From the NCBI RefSeq assembly GCF_006345805.1, contig NC_043015.1, positions 25,048,001 to 25,112,000 of the forward strand: DNA of 64,000 nt. The letters are read 5' to 3'. A program made the translations under genes and the position numbers. Under the pieces are notes generated by a model. It worked only from the letters and a program-made list of their open reading frames with translations, did not search any database and was not told the DNA's origin. Numbering within the stretch: the first letter of the stretch is position 1; each line of letters begins with the position of its first letter. The stretch is from Octopus sinensis. Its lineage: Eukaryota. Positions 55,575 through 64,000 of the stretch are shown in pieces.

Positions 55575-55710
55575 TATATATTTGGCATTAGAATTTTTCT
55601 TTTGCCCTTATCTTGTAAATTATTTATAAATTTAACCTTTAAAGGTATTTTTTGATATGCTGGCCAGTGATAAAATTTTTTTTCCCGAAAAAAATTTTAT
55701 CCTACATTAG

Positions 55711-55748
<38 letters not shown>

Positions 55749-56039
55749 AGATATATGTATATGTGTATATGTATATACATGTATAAGTATATATATATGT
55801 ATAAATATATATATATATATGTATGTGTGTGTATATATATTATATATATATATATTTATTTATTTATTCATATATTGATTAATTATGAATTTTCTGGTTA
55901 ATTCCGTAATGGAATCGGCGGCTTATATTAATTTGCTGCCGATAAATTTGGCACGAGTGCGATGATTTGAAAATTTTAGGTCAGATATTGCCGAGGCAAA
56001 ATATCTGTTCCTCGTGAAAATATCTGTTCCGATCTGGCT

Positions 56040-56146
56040 ATTTCTTACTGACGAATCTAAGGGCCTATGGAAGATTGGCTTGATTTAATTTAATCAGGTT
56101 AGTTTACCATTAAACAGTAGATGAAACGGTGCATCGTATAAGAAAT
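56040..56146 (+). ncRNA. Type I hammerhead ribozyme, intact core
   Basis: Stem I ATTTCTTA (56040-56047) pairs with TAAGAAAT (56139-56146), 8 bp. Core CTGACGA at 56048-56054. Stem II ATCTA/TAGAT (56055-56059/56118-56122). GAAA at 56123-56126. Stem III is ACGGTGCATCGT, near-palindromic. GTA cleavage triplet with scission predicted after 56138. Confidence 0.92.
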
Positions 56147-56267
56147 TACAGGGTAAATGTTTTTTTAATTTTCTCCTGATTTGCGGTTTTAATGTTATTT
56201 TGTGGTTGAAGCTTTGGCTGTTATTTCTGGTGGGTGAATGGCCTATTATGGCCGTTCCTTGATTGTG

Positions 56268-56303
<36 letters not shown>

Positions 56304-56392
56304 GTATATATGTATATATATATAGACATACATATGCATACATGTGTGTATGTATCTATATATATATATATTCACACATATATACATATGTG

Positions 56393-56438
<46 letters not shown>

Positions 56439-56489
56439 GATATATATATATACATACATATACACATACATATATAGACACCTACTTGC

Positions 56490-57900
56490 AGTCCCTCTGA
56501 CCAATGTCTGGAGAGATTCTTTAGACTCAGGTTATACACCAAAACACCTCCTATCCCAGTCTGTCATCCCGGTTTTCAAGCAGGGAAACAGATCCCTCAC
56601 AGTCAACTATCACCCAATCTCACTCACCTCCCACATCATTAAAGTGTTTGAAAGAGTGGTAAGATCAAGGATAGTTGGCTTCCTGAAGATCCACAAACAT
56701 CCTAAATGCAAATCAGCATGGCTTTCGCTTTAGCAGATACTGTCTATCACAGTGCTTACACCACATCGATGATACACTTAAAGCTTTGGGAACAGGTTCA
56801 AACTCTGATGTCATATATCTTGACTTCAGTAAAGTGTTCGACAGAGTTGACCATAATATCTTACTCTCAAATTTGGCACATGTTGGAATCTGTGGAAAAC
56901 TTCTACACTGGATTGAGTATTTCATGGTGAATGGAACATAATATATTGTGGTCGATGGAGTCCACTCAAGCCCAGCAAAAGTCACCAGTGGTGTCCCTCA
57001 GGGGACTGTCTTGGGCCTGCTCCTCTTTATAATAATCAACCTTTCCAGCATTGTAAAACACTGCAAAGTGAAAATATTTGCTGATGACACTAAGCTCCTG
57101 CAAATCATCAATGAAGAAGAAGACCGAACTCAACTCCAGTCTGATCTATATGCTATGAGTCAATGGACAGACAAAAACAAAATGCAACTAAACGAGGGAA
57201 AATTTCAGCTGATACATTTTGGAAGAAGGACTATGCTAAAACAACCACACTCTCTTCCTTTAGTGAAACCTTTCATGGCATCTAATAATATCAGAGAACT
57301 AGGAGTAATTGTTGATAACAATGTCAGAATGCCCACATCAGCAATAAGATTGATATAGCTCATAGGATGGGCTCCTGGATCCTAAGAACATTTTGGCCCA
57401 GAGAACAAGGTGTCTTCATTCCAGTTTTCTCCTCCTTTGTATGGCCACACCTCGAATACTGCTGCCCCCTGTGGTCTCCCATGCAAAAAAAAACATCTCA
57501 AAAATTGTATCACCCCAGAGGGTATTCCCCAAACGAATTAAAGGCATGACTGATCTTTATTACTGGGACCGCCTTAAAGCATTGAAAGTCTACTCTCTCC
57601 AGCACTGCCACGAACAATATATCATTTGCACAATGTGGAGAATATACCACCAGCATTTCCCAAATGACCCCTACCCAATTCAGGATCATAACACCTAAAT
57701 ACACTGCAACACAATTTCTTTTCCTGAACAGGCCCTGCCCTATTTAATATTGTCCCAAAACAGATCAAAGAGGAAAAGGATTCCATCACCTTTAAATGGA
57801 ACCTGGACAAATTTCTTCAAGCAATACCAGATAAGTCACCTGTACCTGGATACAACTCATTCAACAAGAACTCCTTACTCAAATGGATCATGATACCACA
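56490..57900 (+). mobile_element. CR1-clade LINE RT fragment
   Basis: VIPVFKQGNRSLTVNYHPISLTSHIIKVFERVV, VTSGVPQGTVLG, KIFADDTKL, PHLEYCCPLWSP; frameshifts present. Confidence 0.9.
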
Positions 57901-60245
57901 AAACTTGATTTAAAAAGGATTTAGATAATCCTATCAGGTGGTGCTTTTAAGTTAGATATGTTCAATCTGTGATTGAACATATCTAAGTTATATATATATA
58001 GGCATATGTGAATATATTTAAGTATGTATATGTGTGATTAGGTTGATACATATGCATACACCTACATGTATACACGCACAGAAATGTGTGAGTGTGTGTG
58101 TATGTGTGTGACTGTGCCTATTGCCCTACAAATTTGAAGTCACTGTCAAAATAGTTTTTTACAAAACTAAACAGTGATTCTCAACTTAAATGTTGAGTCC
58201 CTTCAATTGATGCTTCTAATTCTATGTAACTTTATGTAAAGAACACGACAAACAAGGATCGGATCCATACAACCTTGTGGTTTGCGACCAGCTGAGGCAC
58301 TTGCTGTTGAACTCATGTTATTTTTTTCTTTCTTTTTCTTTTTCTCCTTCCTTTTCTCTTCTTTTTCTTTCTTCGCTTATGTTTGTATTTTGTTCAGTTT
58401 TGGATTTGTATATTAATGTGATTTTGTATTATATATGCAGTAGAATGTTAATTAAAGCATGCATGTATATGTATATATGTGTGTGTAAGTGTGTGTGTGT
58501 GTGTGTGTATACATCGTATTTTACCCTTTTACTTCCTTCACTCATTTAATTGCAGCCATGCTGGAACACCACCTTGAAGTGTTTCTGTTGAACAGTTCAC
58601 TCCCAGATCTTATTTTTAATCCTAGTATGTATTCTATCCACTCTTTGTTGAACCACTAAGTTACAGGGACACAAACAAACCGACACCAGTTGTCAAGTGA
58701 TGATGGGGAACACAGACACAAAGACACACACATATATAATTGGATACAGAATGTGTGTCATTAGCCAGCTGGAGAAAATGTCTTCCTGGGCTATATACGT
58801 CAGTAGCACTGTCCTGTATTGGGCACCACACTTGGTTGGCAGTTATATGTTACAATTCCGTACTGCTACTGTTTATATCCCACTCAGAGATTTAATATAA
58901 ATATATACGCATATACATATATACATATGAATATATAGATAGACAATGGGCTTCTTTCAGTTTCTATCAATCAAATCCACTCACAATGCTTTGTTTGGAT
59001 CAAGGCTATAGTAGAAAATACTTGCCCAAGGTATGATGCAGTAGGGGTGAACCCAGAGCTTGTGGTTGGGAAGCAAGCTTTTTATCACACAGCCAAATGT
59101 GGTATACTCTATATGTATATAAGTGTGTGTGTAGGTGTGTGTGTGTGTTTGTGTGCATGCATGTGTGGGTGTACATGTCTTTGTGTGTGTGTTGTATGTA
59201 TGTATATATACAACTGCGTATATATGCATAGTTTTCCTTTATTCACTCATAAAGCAAACAATACATAAATGGAAAGAGTTAACTGATATTAAATGAGTCA
59301 GCAAAATTTTGAAGTAAAATTTTCCAAAGAGTTCAGCAAAAAACAGAAAAAAAGTCAAGAAATGAATAACTTTCAGCAAATTTTGTGAAGCAAATACTTT
59401 TCATTGACTGAAAGAAAGTGTTTTGCTCAGAAATATAAATTAGTTATGGCAGCTAGGAAAAAAAAATGTTTAACTGTGTGCCTCTATCTTTTTCTTCATT
59501 AGTGTGTATGTGTATGTGCATATACATATATGTATGTATATATATATGTATGTATATATATATATATATATATTTGTGTATGTATGTATATATATTTTCG
59601 TGCATATACATACAGATATCTATATCCACAGACGCATGCATGTGTGTGTGTGTGTCTGTGAGTGTGAGTAATATTGACAAATATTTCAAAGATGCATCTC
59701 AAATATTATTATAGAGAGTGTTAACAAGAGCAAAGAACTTGAAACAAGCAATATTTGAAATTTCTCTACGTAGAAAAGGAATGATATCTTAAAGTGTTTG
59801 ACATGAGTAAAATAAGTCAAGTATACATACATCAAATTCTATATATTAAGATCTCTTAGAGAAAATGTTCCATTTCAGGCAAGAACGGTGAGGCATCCAG
59901 TGCACAATGGTAGTCTTTAGGAGTAGAGTTGCTGTAATGCAACTAACTTTGCACTATTTGTTAATCATTATAGGAATCGGTGTTGTAGGAAGTTTATAAA
60001 TCAGAAACCCTTCTGTATTTATTGAAGCCAGCTTAAACTTGGCATAACATAACTACTGTTGAAATTGCATGCAATATTGTACACTAAAAGAGAATAGGTT
60101 TGAGAGTTAATTATTAAATAACCGCTTTTATATATCAAATGGTGAGCTGGGTAAGATTTCATTTCAAGAGATGGAATCACTATTAGTTCTAAATTGCAAT
60201 CTGTGTATCTTGCTCAATGTAAGAATGCTGTAGTAATGTCACATT

Positions 60246-60504
60246 TAAAGTGATAGCATGTTGTTAACTTAATGTGACAGTCCTATAAAAGGGAAGAATG
60301 CTTCTGTTATTTTGCCCTAGGACACACCTGACTGATGATGAGCAATGATTCTGAAACTAGTCTCTGGCTTTGCTGGGTGGAGGTGCTTGTCTCCACTTTG
60401 AAAACATAAGGACACAAGAAATGTGTTTCCTAGGGTTAAATAACAGTAGCATTCTTCCCTTTTATGGGACTGTCACATTAAGTTGACAACATGCTATCAC
60501 TTTA
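60246..60504. mobile_element. Small element with 82-bp inverted repeats enclosing a hammerhead-like motif
   Basis: 60246-60327 is the reverse complement of 60423-60504 with few mismatches; the 95-bp spacer carries CTGATGA...GAAACTAGTC. Confidence 0.75.
60327..60367 (+). ncRNA. Minimal hammerhead-like motif inside an inverted-repeat-bounded element
   Basis: CCTGA-CTGATGA (60332-60338)-TGAG...TTCT-GAAAC-TA-GTC-TCTGG. Palindromic ACTAGT stem III, GTC triplet, stem I 4 of 5 pairs, weak stem II. Confidence 0.6.
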
Positions 60505-60947
60505 TCGTGATGCTACTGCATAAATCTCTTTGAGAGATTTAGAAATATATTATTCCTAATGTCACATTTGTCTTGAGAATGCATCTTCATAGACATGTAC
60601 AGTAATCCCTTGCCACAGCATGGTTCACCTATTGCATGCTCAGTACATCGTGGTCCTATCGTGGTTGTGGCTGTGCTGGGGTAACCTTGATAAAAAGATC
60701 TCAGTGCATTTATTTTTTAAATCTGGTCCTTTTCTATGAGTCTCTTTTCCCTGGTTGTTAAGTAGGAGGGGTGGGGTCAAACACAGATACAAAGATACAC
60801 TAATACACGTGCATGCATGCGTGAAAAGCTTCTTTCAGTTTCTGCCTGTCAAATCCACTCACAAGGCTTTGATTGGTCCACCAAGTCTATATAGTGGAAC
60901 CCAGAACCAAGCAGTTGGGAAGTAAACATTTTACCACACAGCCACAC

Positions 60948-60980
<33 letters not shown>

Positions 60981-61068
60981 CATGTGTGTATGCATTTGCG
61001 CGTGTATGTAACCATGTGTGTGTATGTATACATGGGTGTGTGTGCATGTGCATGTGTGTGAATGTATA

Positions 61069-61132
<64 letters not shown>

Positions 61133-61310
61133 TGAGTGAGTGTGTCTTATATTGACATTGCATGATATCCACAATGAGAGTCGTTGATTCCTAAAATCCT
61201 GCAAAAACATGTTTGGCCATGGGGGAAATAGATCTTTGCTTGGGAAAAGGTGACCATTTGGTGACAAGTTAGGCATCTAACCATAAAAGTTCTGAATCAC
61301 ATATATATAC

Positions 61311-61371
<61 letters not shown>

Positions 61372-61989
61372 CACACACATATCTATAAACTCACTTGAGA
61401 TTCTACAAAAAGTAATGAAATCTCCATCAAAGCTAATCAAGGGAATGACACATTGAATAATGTAGTCCTAGATACACTATGTGTAACAAAAGAACAGGCT
61501 GTTCATGGTCAGACGGTTATCTTTGATAATGGGTTTTCTGCATCAGATTTGAGATCTGAGGCTAAACACCAACAACCTCTGCCACACTAGTCTCTGATAT
61601 TGCCATTACGACCATTCTTGTTTTCTTCTCATGCCAAGAATTTTCATTTCTCACCAAACTACAAAGTATAAAATCAGGCATGACAGAATTGGTTTGATAT
61701 GTTTTCCTAGATCTAAACATATGGCATTTGTAGTTCTGCATGATGTATTTTGTAAATCAATCACTCAATGATTTTATAGAGAAAAACATCTTGGACATGA
61801 GGGTCTTTTCTGCCAATTATGTCCAATATTTTTCAGTTGCTTTTCTTTATATTTTCACATCAGAAATATAACGTCTTAGAAAACTTGTTCTAGTTTGATT
61901 TTTTAATTTCAGCAATATATTAGCACCAGTAATACACTGAGGTTTTTTTCAATAAAGTGAATATCTCTCCTTTGCAGTAATTGTCTGCA

Positions 61990-63430
61990 TGTTATATTAA
62001 AAATGAAATGAAATTAAAATCTATTCTGTGAATAAGATTAACTTCCAGATGGATTATAGTACTTTCAAGAAGAACAATGTAATTCTCTTCTAATAATATG
62101 CACATATGTACTACATGCAGTCTGACATTGCACATCCAGCAAAGCATACTAGCTTCATTTCGTTCAAGCTTATGCATGTCCTCTGCAGTCACAGCCCTTT
62201 GTTTCACTGCCATGGAGCATGGCTGTTCACACATGGGCATCATAAAGTTTGTCTTTCATTCAGAGAGAGAGAGTGAAGAGAAAGAGAGAGAAAGAGAGAG
62301 AGAGAGACCATTTCTTACCAACAGCGGTAGGAGCTCTCTGAACTTTGCCCAGCCTATTGTTATTCTAGCAGCTATCCTCTCAAACCATCCACCTGCACTC
62401 CTGATTTGGTCACCCAGATAACAAAAGCTATCAACTGCTTCTAAGTATTCCCCACCTGGCATTTGACAAAGTCTGCTTTCTGTACATTTCTAATGTTTAT
62501 TGTACCTTTACATCTGCCACATTCAAAGGCTGTTTTCTCTGCTAACCTTTCTATGATATTGCTACACCTCTTGTGCCCAATACAAGATACACCTTATGGT
62601 GTTTCTATCTTTGCCTTTTCTACATATTGAGCAAGGCCATCTCCCTGAAGAGATTTGTGATTTGTCAGTTTCCTAATTACTTGGGCTTTGATCTTTGCTA
62701 AATTATCTCCAAGGTTCTTTGCTTCCACACCTGAAATTTCTTCTCTAGTTCTGGTAGTGATTCAGCTGAACAATATCATCAGCATAGAGAAGTTCCCAAA
62801 AGCAGCATCACTGAAAATCTTCTGTTATTGCCTGGAGGACTATAATAAACAATTGGGGGCTAACGACTGATGCCTGCTGAATGCCTACTTCAACACTGAA
62901 TTCATTGCTAAATTTCTTGCCAACCGTCACCTTGCAAACAACATCCCTGTACATGGCTTGTACAGCTCTCACCAGCCACTCATCTTAAATTTTCTCAGTG
63001 ATCATCAGATAAGGAACCAGGAGACCCTGTCAAAGGCTTTCTCCATGTCAACAAAGGCCAAGTACAAAGGCCATTTTTGGCTTAGTACTTCTTCTGCAAC
63101 TGCCTTACCAGCAATATAACATCAGTAATGCTTCTCCATGACACAAAACCAAACTGCATCTCATCTAGATTAACTCTTTCCCTAATTAGTTGGGCAATGG
63201 CCCTCTCCATAACTTTCATCACTTGATCCAGCAATTTGATGCCTCTGTAATTATTTCTGTCTAAGGCATCACTTTTACTTTTGTGCTGCTATACCAGTCT
63301 TTAGGCATGACTCTCTCGTGTACAACCTGATTAACTAGATGGGTGATGAGACCATATACACCACCACTGGATATCTTCAGCACCTCAGCAGTGATTCCTG
63401 ATGGGCTGAGGTATTTACCCATCTTCATAG
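61990..63430 (-). mobile_element. RTE-clade LINE RT fragment
   Basis: GKYLSPSGITAEVLKIS..VNQVVHERVMPKDW and EAVDSFCYLGDQIRSAGG..RITIGWAKFRELLPLL; homologous to 1800-2200. Confidence 0.85.
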
Positions 63431-63507
63431 CTTTACATATCATATAGTATATATCTTTTATGTACATATTATATAAGTTCATATTTAATATAGACATTAT
63501 ATATATT

Positions 63508-63581
<74 letters not shown>

Positions 63582-63673
63582 CCCATGCTAGCATGGAAAG
63601 CGGACGGTAAACGATGATGATGATGATATATATGTTACATACATACACACACATACACATGTATATATGTCTA

Positions 63674-63733
<60 letters not shown>

Positions 63734-64000
63734 ATATAAATCTGTATTTTATATATCAAACATCTTAAATCATCATCATTATCGTTTAACGCCTGCTTTC
63801 CATGCTAGCATGGATATGTACTTTTATATACTCAAACAAATACAGATGTGCATGTGTATGTGTGTGTGTGCAAAAGTATGTCTCTCTATGATGGGAATTT
63901 CTTAGAATGGCAGATAAATATGAACAGAGAAATTACTATATCTCCTTCATTTAGTAACATGAACATTTTAAACAAATCTTTATTTACTTCTACATAGAAG

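Overview
This is AT-rich, microsatellite-saturated animal DNA. The repeat families and simple-repeat density point to an octopus (coleoid cephalopod) genome; this is an inference, not a database match. I cannot support any intact host protein-coding gene, and most supplied ORFs are translations of (TA)n/(CA)n/trinucleotide tracts. The window is a field of transposon remnants: RTE, RTE-X-like, Tx1/L1-like and CR1-like LINE pieces, a Penelope-like element, maT (DD37D) and mariner remnants, many tRNA-derived SINEs, a 1.9-kb purine-strand minisatellite, and a non-autonomous Helitron with both termini whose empty target site is preserved in a neighbouring tandem copy. The most striking signal is a dense set of type I hammerhead ribozyme motifs from several unrelated short non-coding repeat families. 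Two have fully canonical cores and stem II (56040-56146, 41959-42041), one has a complete core with a U.U-closed stem II (23340-23428), and others are variant or decayed. Several sit as head-to-head pairs in 65-122 bp-arm palindromes next to (TA)n tracts, one lies downstream of a tRNA-like Pol III promoter, and one is enclosed by 82-bp inverted repeats. A candidate recursive splice site on the minus strand (37404/37403) hints that the window may lie inside a very long intron.
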